From the NCBI GenBank assembly GCA_038062835.1, contig JBBTWH010000001.1, positions 42,982-106,981 of the forward strand: DNA of 64,000 bases, read 5' to 3'. Shown one piece after another: positions 27,346 to 36,633 of the stretch. The notes under the pieces are model-generated. The model searched no databases. It was not told the origin of the DNA and was given only the letters and a program-made list of their open reading frames with translations. Within the stretch, counting starts at the first letter, position 1. Each line of letters starts with the position of its first letter. Source of the stretch: Patescibacteria group bacterium. Its GTDB lineage: Bacteria; Patescibacteriota; Patescibacteriia; SG8-24; DYFX01. Position numbers and translations under genes: made by a program.

Positions 27346-27744
27346 TTACTTCAGGTTGAGGATCTTCTTCACTTTCTTGACCGCTTCTCCGGGGACGAAG
27401 TGCGCCTTGATGAGGTAATCGACCGCGCCTTCCTTGAGGCAGCGCTCGACGTCTTCCTTCTGGCCGAGGTTCGTGAGCATCACGACGGGAATCTGCATCA
27501 GTTTCGGATCGAGCTTGAGGCGGTGCAGCATCTCGAAACCGTCCATTTTCGGCATGAGGATGTCGAGCAGGATGATATGGGGCGAGTGCTTCTCGGCCAG
27601 CTTCAAGCCCTGCTCGCCGTCGGCGCCGTGCAGGACGGTGAAACCTTCCAATTCAAATTTCGTGGCGTAGACGCTCGCCAGGAAGGAGTCGTCTTCGACC
27701 AGCAGTATCTTGACCTCGCTCAGGTTCGTCGGCATATGCATCAT
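27346..27744 (-). CDS. single-domain response regulator (CheY-like receiver, PilH-like)
   Basis: Has KILLVEDD, the phospho-acceptor Asp (ILLDILMP) and a conserved Lys. Confidence 0.8.
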   Translation of the reverse strand: MMHMPTNLSEVKILLVEDDSFLASVYATKFELEGFTVLHGADGEQGLKLAEKHSPHIILLDILMPKMDGFEMLHRLKLDPKLMQIPVVMLTNLGQKEDVERCLKEGAVDYLIKAHFVPGEAVKKVKKILNLK

Positions 27745-29495
27745 TCTCTCGCGAGACGGAGCACTTCGTCAACCGTCGTGGCGCCTTCGATGACCTTGAG
27801 CATCGCGTCCTGGCGCATGGTGATCCAGCCCTGCCTCCTCACTTCCTCCCTGACCTTATCGACAGGAAAGCCCTCGTTCATCATCTTCTGGATTTCCGCG
27901 TTGACGCTGATGAGCTCGGCGATGACCGTGCGGCCGGCGTAGCCCGTGTCGCTGCAGCGCAGGCAGCCCTTGCCCTTCTTGAACGGCAGCGGTCCTTCAA
28001 GCGTGAAGCCTTTCGGCAAGTATTCAGCGGGGACGTCCTTGAGGGCGTCGCGGACCATCAGGGCCGCGTTCTCCGGGACTTCCGCGTCCGTCTTGCAGTG
28101 CTCGCAGATCTTGCGGGCCAAGCGCTGGGCGATGATGAGATTGAGCGTCGCCGAAAGGAGGAACGGCTCGACGCCGAGATCGGTCAGGCGCGGGATGACG
28201 CCGATGGCGTCGTTGGTATGGATGGTGGTCAGGATCAGGTGGCCGGTAAGAGCCGCATGGACGCCGAGTTCGCCGGTCTCCTGGTCGCGGATCTCGCCGA
28301 CCATGATGACGTTCGGGTCCTGGCGCAGAAGGGCGCGCAAGCCGTTGGCGAAGGTGAACTTGATCTCCGGCTTGATCTGCGACTGGTTGATGCCGGGCAG
28401 GAAGTATTCGACGGGGTCCTCGAGCGTCGAGATGTTGACGCCCTCGTCGTTGATCATGCCGAGCATGGTGAGAAGCGTCGTCGACTTTCCCGAACCGGTC
28501 GGACCGGTGATCAGGATCATGCCGTGCGGTTTCTTGATCTCGGACTGCACGGCGTCGCGATACTTCTTGCGGAACCCAAGGCCTTCGAGCGTCGGCACGC
28601 CGGTGGAAGTGTCAAGCACGCGCATGACGACTTTCTCGTTGTCGACGACGGGGAGCGTCGAGATGCGGAAGTCGATGTTCTTGCCGTTGATGACCTGGGT
28701 GATGCGGCCGTCCTGAGGGACGCGCGTCTCGTCGAGCTTCAGGTTCGCCAGGACCTTCACGCGCGAAACGACCGCCGAGTGCAGGTAGGCCGGCAGGGTC
28801 AGCAGGGTGCGGAGCACGCCGTCGATACGGTAGCGCACGCGCGTCTCCTTGCCCTTCGGTTCGATGTGAATGTCGGAAGCCTTGGATTCCACCGCGTAGC
28901 GCATCACCACCGAGACGATGCGCGATACCGGCGCGCCCTTGATGACTTCCTCGATCTTGGATTCCTCGCCTTTCAGGTCCTCATCCTCCGCCTCTTCCTG
29001 CTCCTGCTCGGCCGTCACCAGGGCTTCGCCGACCTCCTTCTTGAACGCGCCGTATTGCTTGATGATGGCGATGGCCGCGTTCTGGGTGGTCACGGATGGC
29101 ACGGCCGTCATGTTGCGCTCGGCCATCAGGAACCCGACGGCTTCGGCGGCGGCGGAGTTGAGCGGGTCGACGTATGCGACCTTCAGCGTCGTCCCCTGCT
29201 GTTCGTAGGAGATCACCTGGTACGTTTCGGCGACCGTCTTCGGGATGATGTTAAGCGTGTCCTGATCGATCTGGCGGCCGGCCAGGTCCACGAACTCAAG
29301 ACCGAGGCCCTCGGCTTTCGCGCGCGCGAGGTCCTCTTCCTGCACCAGGCGCCGCTCCAATAGGACGCGTTCGAGCGCCTCGGCGTCCTGTCCGGCGAAC
29401 TCCGTAGCCAGCGCCACGAAGGTCTCCTTGCTGAGTTTTCCTTGACCCGCCAGCAGTTCGAGAAGGCCGGCAGCGGTCTTGAGGGCGACGGCCAT
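27741..29495 (-). CDS. pilB: type IV pilus assembly ATPase (GspE family)
   Basis: Has an N-terminal GSPII_E domain, Walker A (GPTGSGKST), Asp and His boxes, and a tetracysteine. Confidence 0.9.
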   Translation of the reverse strand: MAVALKTAAGLLELLAGQGKLSKETFVALATEFAGQDAEALERVLLERRLVQEEDLARAKAEGLGLEFVDLAGRQIDQDTLNIIPKTVAETYQVISYEQQGTTLKVAYVDPLNSAAAEAVGFLMAERNMTAVPSVTTQNAAIAIIKQYGAFKKEVGEALVTAEQEQEEAEDEDLKGEESKIEEVIKGAPVSRIVSVVMRYAVESKASDIHIEPKGKETRVRYRIDGVLRTLLTLPAYLHSAVVSRVKVLANLKLDETRVPQDGRITQVINGKNIDFRISTLPVVDNEKVVMRVLDTSTGVPTLEGLGFRKKYRDAVQSEIKKPHGMILITGPTGSGKSTTLLTMLGMINDEGVNISTLEDPVEYFLPGINQSQIKPEIKFTFANGLRALLRQDPNVIMVGEIRDQETGELGVHAALTGHLILTTIHTNDAIGVIPRLTDLGVEPFLLSATLNLIIAQRLARKICEHCKTDAEVPENAALMVRDALKDVPAEYLPKGFTLEGPLPFKKGKGCLRCSDTGYAGRTVIAELISVNAEIQKMMNEGFPVDKVREEVRRQGWITMRQDAMLKVIEGATTVDEVLRLARE

Positions 29496-29503
29496 GAGTA
29501 TCG

Positions 29504-29755
29504 TCAGTATGGTTCAAAAGGATTGTCGCGTCCCGTGCGCCCTGGGACGAGCGGGAGCTCGACCGGCAAGCGTAGCCGCGCATATTCCGGATGTTCCATG
29601 ACGGCCCTGGGGATGGAGGCGTCGACCGCCTTGGGCTGGTACGGAACCACGGTCAGTTTTTCCGGCGAAAAGACGAAAATGCCGAGCACGATGACGATGG
29701 CCGCCACGATGCCGCCGAGCAGGATCATCTGTTTCTGGCTTTTCTTCAGGTTCAT
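29504..29755 (-). CDS. small membrane-anchored pilus-operon protein
   Basis: 83 aa with a single N-terminal TM segment. It lies between pilO and pilB and overlaps the pilO stop. Confidence 0.45.
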   Translation of the reverse strand: MNLKKSQKQMILLGGIVAAIVIVLGIFVFSPEKLTVVPYQPKAVDASIPRAVMEHPEYARLRLPVELPLVPGRTGRDNPFEPY

Positions 29756-30339
29756 AGGCGTGCCGTCGGTTTGCCCGCAGTCCAGACGTAGGCGCGGATC
29801 GTCAGGCCGTAGCTCGCGCCCAGCGGATTGATGCTGGCGCTGCGGACGTCGAACAATCGGAGGTTGGATTCGAGGCCTTCGAGGAACAGCTTGAAGCGCT
29901 GATAGTTGCCGTGCTGGAGCGAGACGGCGATATTAAGCGCCCCGAGCCCTTGCACCCCCGGCAGACCCGTCATGTCGCCGGCGGCGAAGTTGATGGACGT
30001 AAGCTGAAGGTCGCTGGAGCGCGCGGCGGCCTCGAATATCGCCAAGAGACCCGGCGTGTCCTCCTCTGTCGGTATCATCGCGCGGATGCGTTCGACGTCC
30101 TCGGCGTCATACGAGTCGTACGCCGCCTTCAGCTCGTCCAGCTTCTTGAGATACGCCTCCTTAGCGAGACGCTCTTCCTGCAGCCGCATCGTGCGATCCG
30201 CTTGTCGGATACGCGCGAATTCCGGACGGAAGACGAACAGGAAACCGAGGCCAAGGAGGACGGCGACGAGCGCTGAGCCGGCCGGCAGGAGATTCTTGCC
30301 GATCCAGACGAGCGCCTTGCTTTGAGAAAATGAAGCCAT
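29752..30339 (-). CDS. pilO: PilO-like pilus assembly protein
   Basis: N-terminal TM segment, a coiled coil and a periplasmic domain. Sits between pilN and pilB. Confidence 0.6.
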   Translation of the reverse strand: MASFSQSKALVWIGKNLLPAGSALVAVLLGLGFLFVFRPEFARIRQADRTMRLQEERLAKEAYLKKLDELKAAYDSYDAEDVERIRAMIPTEEDTPGLLAIFEAAARSSDLQLTSINFAAGDMTGLPGVQGLGALNIAVSLQHGNYQRFKLFLEGLESNLRLFDVRSASINPLGASYGLTIRAYVWTAGKPTARL

Positions 30340-30340
30340 A

Positions 30341-31282
30341 TCAAGGCGCAGTTTCAGACGCGGCCGCTTCCGCCTTGAAATCGAAGATGGCGGGATCGAC
30401 CGTCAGCGTCATCGACGTGCGCGCGCCCTTCAGGAGGTCGTTCTCCGCGAAATCAGCGGAGGCCGTTCCGGCCGTGACCTTCCGCACGCGGGGGTCTTCG
30501 CGGAAGGCGATGATCTGCTTGGCCAGGGTCGTGTAATCGCTGGCGCGCACCTCGAAGCTTAGCGTGCCCGTATCGGCGCCGGCCAAGCTTCCGAACTGTA
30601 CGTTGGGAAGCGCGCGCTCTTCCATGAGCTTCAGGACCTGCGTCCAATGTTCGTGGTTCTCGAGCACGACGGCGGCGGTCTTGACGAGTCCCTGGAAATC
30701 GCGCACGGGCACGAGCGCGGATTCGCGGGCGGAAATCTGCGCGTCCATGTCGCGGACCGAGAGCTCGGCCTGCGCGTCGCGCTTCTCGACGACGGAGCGG
30801 TAGTACGCCAGGCCGCCATAGATCAGGCCGTCGAGCACGATGCCGAGCAGTCCGATCAGCGCGAAGGTCCTGAGCCGGCGGCGCAGGGCGACCTCGGACA
30901 TGCCGGCGCCGCCGCCCGAGGTGATGAGGCTGACGCGCAGCGTGTCGCTCCCCTTCTCTTCCTGAGGTTTAGGAGAAGGCGGCAGAGGCGATTTCGGAGG
31001 TGGCGTCGCGGCTGGCTTCGGCGGCGGGGGGAGCGGGGGCGTGGGCGGCTTCGGAGCCGCCGGTTTCGGCGGGAGCGCAGGGACCTTCTGGCTCAAGAGA
31101 GACGCTGCGGGGGCAGCGGCAAGCTTCGGCGGCGGAGCGGGGGCGGCGACTTTCGGTTCCGGGACGTCCGGGAGAGGCTCCGGTACGTGCAACGCCAACT
31201 CATCGGCGAGCGGCTTCGCGCCGCCCGCGGACTTTTCATCCTTGCGGGCGCCCGGCTCCGATAGGAAGTTGATGTCGCTCAT
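30341..31282 (-). CDS. pilN: PilN-like pilus assembly protein with Pro-rich N-terminal region
   Basis: Pro/Ala/Lys-rich low-complexity region, then a TM segment and a PilN-like domain. Immediately downstream of pilM. Confidence 0.6.
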   Translation of the reverse strand: MSDINFLSEPGARKDEKSAGGAKPLADELALHVPEPLPDVPEPKVAAPAPPPKLAAAPAASLLSQKVPALPPKPAAPKPPTPPLPPPPKPAATPPPKSPLPPSPKPQEEKGSDTLRVSLITSGGGAGMSEVALRRRLRTFALIGLLGIVLDGLIYGGLAYYRSVVEKRDAQAELSVRDMDAQISARESALVPVRDFQGLVKTAAVVLENHEHWTQVLKLMEERALPNVQFGSLAGADTGTLSFEVRASDYTTLAKQIIAFREDPRVRKVTAGTASADFAENDLLKGARTSMTLTVDPAIFDFKAEAAASETAP

Positions 31283-31291
31283 AGCGTCGCG

Positions 31292-32350
31292 CTAATCGAT
31301 GTCGCGCATGGCGAGCCCGACGGACACGCCGAACCGCGATCCGATCTGGTTGAGGACGGGACGCAGGGCCTCCGGATAGACCACGCGCGCCCAGGGATCT
31401 CCGACGTAGACGCGGAGGCTCATCGCTTTCGCGAGATAGTCGGCGAGCTGCGGCAGGAGCGCTCCGCCGCCGGTCAGGATGATCTTGTCGAGACGCTTGT
31501 CCTGGTTGGTCTTCTGGCCGAGGAACAGGTTCGTGGAATACGTGAGCTCCGTCAGGATCGGCGCGAAAACCTTCTCGAAGAGCTTGGGGAAACCGGCGTT
31601 ATACATCGACGCCATGGAAGCCGCGTCGATCTTCATGCTCTCGGCCTGGTCCACCGGCACGCCGAGGGCGGCGGACATCTCCTTGGTGACCGTCAGTCCT
31701 CCGAGCGAGACGGAGCGGCTGACGAACGGGATGCCGTGTTCGACGATCATGATGTTGGTGCGGAGCGTGCCGATGTCCAGGACCAGCGTCGGCGACTTGT
31801 CGCGCCCGATGAGAGAACGGATCATCGCCAGGGCCTCCGTCTCGAGGCTCGTCAGCTCGAGCCCGGCCGCGTTGAAGATGTCGGAATACTTCTTGATGAG
31901 GGACTTGGCGGCGCCCGTCAGCAGGATCTGGACGTATTTATCGTCAGGGCTCTGAGGGCCGACGGTGACCGGCTTCCAATCGACGGTCATCTCCTCGATC
32001 GGAAGCGGGATGAGCTTCTTGGCCTGCCACATGACCGCCTGCTCGAGATCCTCGCGCTTGGCGGTCTTCTGCACGCTGATGATGGAGCTGAATACCGAAG
32101 AAATCGGAAGGGCCGAGACGGCCTTGCGGCTGGTCGTCTTGGCCTTCTTGAGCATCTTTTTAAGGAGGTCGGCGGTGCCGGCAGCGTCGTCGATGTAGTT
32201 GCGCGTCATCTCGTCTACAGGACGGTCGACGAACGCGTAGGTCATGAGGCGCGCACGCCCCTTCTCGTTCAAGAGCTCGACGAGCTTCACGCCGCCGCCG
32301 CCGAAATCGATTCCGAGATAGCTGGGTCTTGATTGGCCGAACAATGCCAT
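31292..32350 (-). CDS. pilM: type IV pilus assembly protein PilM (actin-like ATPase fold)
   Basis: Has YLGIDFGGGGVKLVEL. GAGGAGG SD lies upstream. Confidence 0.85.
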   Translation of the reverse strand: MALFGQSRPSYLGIDFGGGGVKLVELLNEKGRARLMTYAFVDRPVDEMTRNYIDDAAGTADLLKKMLKKAKTTSRKAVSALPISSVFSSIISVQKTAKREDLEQAVMWQAKKLIPLPIEEMTVDWKPVTVGPQSPDDKYVQILLTGAAKSLIKKYSDIFNAAGLELTSLETEALAMIRSLIGRDKSPTLVLDIGTLRTNIMIVEHGIPFVSRSVSLGGLTVTKEMSAALGVPVDQAESMKIDAASMASMYNAGFPKLFEKVFAPILTELTYSTNLFLGQKTNQDKRLDKIILTGGGALLPQLADYLAKAMSLRVYVGDPWARVVYPEALRPVLNQIGSRFGVSVGLAMRDID

Positions 32351-32378
32351 ATCCTCCTCAGTGAATAGGTTCCTTCTC

Positions 32379-32393
32379 AGTATACCACACCGG
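32379..32393 (-). promoter_or_regulatory. extended -10 promoter TGgTATACT for the pilM operon
   Basis: On the minus strand it reads gtgTGGTATACTgagaagg, 35 nt upstream of ATG with an SD between. Confidence 0.4.
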
Positions 32394-32433
32394 CCTAAAC
32401 CCGCCTTACCGCGTCGTTCGCGAACGACGCGGC

Positions 32434-35400
32434 TTATCGCCCGGCGGTCGAACGGAAGCCTGGGAGCGAGCGGGTGGCGTCCGAAAGGCCCGGCGGGGGG
32501 TTCAGGATGACGCGGGCATCGAAGATGACGCGCTCGGAGCCTGAGGTGCGCGAGGCGTATTCCCGCTTGAACTCGAACTTCTTGGCGACGAACACGCCGG
32601 TGGCCTCGAACGGCGTCGTGCCGCCTCCGGTGTCGATCGTCTCCTCCGCGAAGAACGCGCCGACGGAACGATTGACCGTGGGGCCGACGTAGACATTGCC
32701 GCCGCCGGCGCCGTCTCTGAGCACGATCCAGCCGATCGAGGCCAGGTTCTTCAGGTCGCTCTCGTTGCGGTCCTGGTAGGTCAGGTCGCCGTCGATGACG
32801 AGGTCGCCTTTCACGATCACGAGGCCGTTGGCTCGCGCCGCTCCGGACGAGTTCTTGAACTCGATCGGCGCGCCGATCGTCAGCCCGGACGGGAAGTAAT
32901 AGATCTTGCCGTCGAGCCGGTCAGGCAACGAGCCTGGCTGCAGCAGCGCGCCGTACTTGCCGTTCAGGATGCCGTTCACGTCGATCGCGCCGAAGGAACC
33001 GACGTAGTTCTTCTCCGGCTTGGGAATCTCGTAGACGGTGGATCCTGACAATGCGCAGCCGAGCTCGCTCGTGAAGTTGGTGATGAGGCCGCCCGACTGC
33101 AGACAGTAGGTGGCGTTGTAGATGGGCGGCGCCTCCCCCGCCTGGATCTCGCCGCCGGAATAGACCTGTCCGGAAACGGTCTCGACGAACGGTTTCACGA
33201 GCGCCTTGCATTCGTTCGAGAGGCAGTCCGCGTTCGAGAAGCAGCAGCTGCCCTCGTCCGGAGCGCCTGCGCCGCAGGCGCCCCAGTCGAGACTGCAGAC
33301 GCCGATGGCGGAAGTGACCGGCGGCGAGCAGTCCGCATCGACGGCGCAGTTCACGGTGCACATCGGCTGGTCGACGATCACGCACAGGTCATCGCCCGCG
33401 CAGTCCGTATCCGCGGAACAGACGCCGCCGGGGGTGAGGTCGTCAGGAGATTCGCCGCAGTACTTGTATTTGCAGCGTCCGACGAGCCCGGCTTCGCAGG
33501 AATCTCCGATGCCGTTGGCGTTCTCGTCGCGCTGATTGGGATTATGGAAGTTGATGCAGTTGTCGCAGGCGCGCGGGAACGGCGCCCCGAAATACGTCGG
33601 CGTCGGCGGCGAGGCGTAGCCCGTCGGGGTGAAGCGTCCCTCGGGCGTCCCATCGACATCGACGTCGGCGTCCGCGCACGCGCCGGTGCCGACGTCGGCG
33701 TTCTCGCACTTCAGGAACGACTGCGCGTTGGAACGCACGATGTCGCCGCTCGAGTCGGTCGCCTCGACGAAAATCCAATAGCGGCCAGCCGCCAGGGCTG
33801 CCGGCACCGCGTAGACGCCCTGGCATGTCAGGGTCGTGCCGAGCGCGGTCGGGATCATCGTGGCCGTGCCTGCGATGCCGCCGACCCAATCCTGGTCGTA
33901 GACGTAGACGCGGCAGGTCGCGACGACCGGGAAGGTGCTGAGCGTGTCGGTGCGGAACTTGGTCGTCAGGCTGACGTCCTCGGTCCCGCGGTAGGTGAGG
34001 ACGGTCGAGCCGTTGACGTCCGTGCCGAGCACGAGGTTCTCGTCGACCGACGGGACGACGTTGACGTCGATCGTCTGCGTCGAAGTCGCGCTCACGTTGG
34101 CGGCGCCGTCGAGCGCCGCGGCGGCGATGTCGTACGCGGCGTTGTCGTTGGCGAACGGTCCGACCGTCGCGACGCAGTTGCCGTCCGGCGAGGTATAGCC
34201 CGCGCCTTCGAGATCGAACTCGCAACGGCAGATGCCGGACGGGTCGGCGTTCGGCGTCGCCTGGAGGCGGACGGTGGCGCCGACGGGCACGCTGACCTTG
34301 CCCGCCACGATGCCCTCGACCTCGACCGCCGGAGCCGGCAGGGTCGGGGCAGAATGTTCAAAGACCTGCACCGACGGCGTCGCCTCGCCGAACTCGACGG
34401 AGCCGGAGCGGTTCGCGACGGTCGAGATCTTGTAGTCCTCAGGGCCGAGCGGTACGGCCGAAGAGCTTGCGCAGCTCAGCGTCACGTCGAATCCGGCGAC
34501 CGTCTCTCCGTATTTCTCCGTGATGACGCCCACGCCGGAAGAAGGGCTGGCGTACTGCAGTTGCGAAGCGCCCGCGCCGGAAAGCGAACAGTTGCCGGCG
34601 CCGGCGTCGAACGGGAATGCGTTGGCGGCCACGGCACCGTCGCCGATGACGATGGTGAGCGAGGTGTAGCTGCCCGAGCCGGTGAAGCGGATGCGGTAGG
34701 CGGAACTCGCGTAGATACGGTCGTCATGGGCATAAAGCGTGTTGCCGCCGGAGACGATCGGCGCGAGCGCGGTCGTATGCGGCACGTCGGGACAGCTCGC
34801 CGCCAGGGTCCAGCCGCCGGCGCCCGGACGCTGCTTGCACTGGACGCCGTCCTGACAAGCCGCGTCGAAGCAATCGGCGCCGGCGTCCGAATCGTTGTTC
34901 GCTCCGTCGTGACAGGTGACCGCGCCGGACTCCGCGCCGCAGAAATAGGGGCTGGACGCGACGGAGCCTACGGTCGGCCCGTGCCGCTGGGCCGGAGCCG
35001 TGCAGCCGACGTCGGCGCAGTCTATCTGGCCGTCGCCGTCGTTATCGATGCCGTCGCCGCAATAGTCCGCGTCGTTCTCGGAGGCGGAGCAGATGGCGAC
35101 GTCGGTGGCGAGCGTCGCGTACTGGGATCCGCAGGCGGACGTCGTGCAGCCCGAGCGTCCGATCTTGCGGTTCGCGCGGCATTCTGCGTCCGCGCAGTCG
35201 ATCACGGTATCGAGATCGTCGTCCACGGCGTCGCTGCATGAAAGGAACGTGTAGTCCTCCTGGCCGGGACTTGGTCCGCACTGGCCGAAAACGTTCCGGC
35301 AGTCTGGATCGAACTCGTCGATCAGCGCGTTGCCGTCGTTGTCGATGCCGTCGTCGCAGAGATTGAAATAGAAGGCGGGCAGGACCGTGCCGTCGCCGAG

Positions 35401-36633
35401 AGGGCTGGGCGGCAGATACGCCTCGAAGCTCGCGCAGGAACTGGCGCCGAAGGAAGCGCCGAGACAGTCGATGTCGGCGCAGTCGACGTCCTCGTCGAGG
35501 TCGTCGTCGAGTCCGTCGAAGCACTGCGCCGGCGCATCGACGAACGTGCCTGAACCGATATCCCAGCGCATGCGCTCGTCGACCGTGCAATTCCCCTGGC
35601 CTTCGCAATCGTAATCGCGGCAGTCGATGCCTGTGCCTGCGCTCGTATCGACGGCGGAGCCGTAGTCCTGATCGCGGTCGTTGTCGATGTCGTCGACGCA
35701 GGATATCTCGACGGCGGCGCAATCCTGGAAGCCGCTCTTCCAGCAGCCGGTGCCTGGATCGTCGTCGGCGCAGTCGAGCTCGCCGTTGCCGTCGTTGTCG
35801 AACGCGTCGGCGCAGTTCGCGTGCGCGGCGCCGGCGTTCTCGGAACCGCAGAACTTCGTGCCTGCGAGGTTGCCTGGGCGGCCGTTGCAGAGCGGGTCGG
35901 CGCAGTCGAGCTCGCCGTTGCCGTCGTTGTCGAGGCCGTCGTTGCAGGTCTGCTCCGGAGACTCGCAGACCTGCGTCGGGCTGATGCTTTCACCCGTGCA
36001 ATCCGAATCGGCGCAGTCCAGGCGATAGTCCAGGTCGTTGTCGACGCCGTCGTAGCACTGCCGGTGCGACGGCCCGAATAGCGCGGAGAGCGAGGCGCCC
36101 TCGTCGCGGTTCGAGGGAGAAGACGCGTCGAGGTACACGCTGAACGGACCGACGATCTGCGTCGCTCCGTATTGCGAGAGCTCAAGCGTGATGGAAATCG
36201 TGCCCGGTACCGGCGAGACGTAGCGGAGGTCCTGCGTGAAATCATACGTCACGCCGGCCGCGCTGGAACCAGACGATCGTTCGATGATGGTCTTGGGGAT
36301 GTTGACGGCCTGGTCGGGCGGCAGGCTGGCGACAGGGCTCGGATTCTTCAGCGAAGCGTTGCCGGAAAAGGCCTTGTCGACGGTGATCTTGAAGCGCACA
36401 GGGTCGGCGTCCGCGGAGTACGGACCGCTCGTGAAACGGACCTTGAGGCTGGCGTCGCCCTCCTCATGGTTCTGCGTCCAGGCGTATGCGACGACCTGAC
36501 CGCCGACCGAGACGTTCCCCGCGCATACGTTTCCCGCGCATGAAGGATTCATGACCGCCTGGGCCGGCAGGAACTCGCGCCAGAACAGTCCGGCGGCGAC
36601 GGCGAGCGCGATGATCCAAAAACGGGTCTTCAT
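32434..36633 (-). CDS. giant (1399 aa) secreted Cys/Asp-rich repeat protein, putative Ca2+-binding adhesin
   Basis: Signal peptide, then about 8 copies of C.DG.DND.(N)G..DC.D motifs resembling thrombospondin-type-3/dockerin Ca-binding loops. The N-terminal region is beta-rich and the C-terminal region is rich in Gly, Asn and Tyr. Confidence 0.7.
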   Translation of the reverse strand: MKTRFWIIALAVAAGLFWREFLPAQAVMNPSCAGNVCAGNVSVGGQVVAYAWTQNHEEGDASLKVRFTSGPYSADADPVRFKITVDKAFSGNASLKNPSPVASLPPDQAVNIPKTIIERSSGSSAAGVTYDFTQDLRYVSPVPGTISITLELSQYGATQIVGPFSVYLDASSPSNRDEGASLSALFGPSHRQCYDGVDNDLDYRLDCADSDCTGESISPTQVCESPEQTCNDGLDNDGNGELDCADPLCNGRPGNLAGTKFCGSENAGAAHANCADAFDNDGNGELDCADDDPGTGCWKSGFQDCAAVEISCVDDIDNDRDQDYGSAVDTSAGTGIDCRDYDCEGQGNCTVDERMRWDIGSGTFVDAPAQCFDGLDDDLDEDVDCADIDCLGASFGASSCASFEAYLPPSPLGDGTVLPAFYFNLCDDGIDNDGNALIDEFDPDCRNVFGQCGPSPGQEDYTFLSCSDAVDDDLDTVIDCADAECRANRKIGRSGCTTSACGSQYATLATDVAICSASENDADYCGDGIDNDGDGQIDCADVGCTAPAQRHGPTVGSVASSPYFCGAESGAVTCHDGANNDSDAGADCFDAACQDGVQCKQRPGAGGWTLAASCPDVPHTTALAPIVSGGNTLYAHDDRIYASSAYRIRFTGSGSYTSLTIVIGDGAVAANAFPFDAGAGNCSLSGAGASQLQYASPSSGVGVITEKYGETVAGFDVTLSCASSSAVPLGPEDYKISTVANRSGSVEFGEATPSVQVFEHSAPTLPAPAVEVEGIVAGKVSVPVGATVRLQATPNADPSGICRCEFDLEGAGYTSPDGNCVATVGPFANDNAAYDIAAAALDGAANVSATSTQTIDVNVVPSVDENLVLGTDVNGSTVLTYRGTEDVSLTTKFRTDTLSTFPVVATCRVYVYDQDWVGGIAGTATMIPTALGTTLTCQGVYAVPAALAAGRYWIFVEATDSSGDIVRSNAQSFLKCENADVGTGACADADVDVDGTPEGRFTPTGYASPPTPTYFGAPFPRACDNCINFHNPNQRDENANGIGDSCEAGLVGRCKYKYCGESPDDLTPGGVCSADTDCAGDDLCVIVDQPMCTVNCAVDADCSPPVTSAIGVCSLDWGACGAGAPDEGSCCFSNADCLSNECKALVKPFVETVSGQVYSGGEIQAGEAPPIYNATYCLQSGGLITNFTSELGCALSGSTVYEIPKPEKNYVGSFGAIDVNGILNGKYGALLQPGSLPDRLDGKIYYFPSGLTIGAPIEFKNSSGAARANGLVIVKGDLVIDGDLTYQDRNESDLKNLASIGWIVLRDGAGGGNVYVGPTVNRSVGAFFAEETIDTGGGTTPFEATGVFVAKKFEFKREYASRTSGSERVIFDARVILNPPPGLSDATRSLPGFRSTAGR

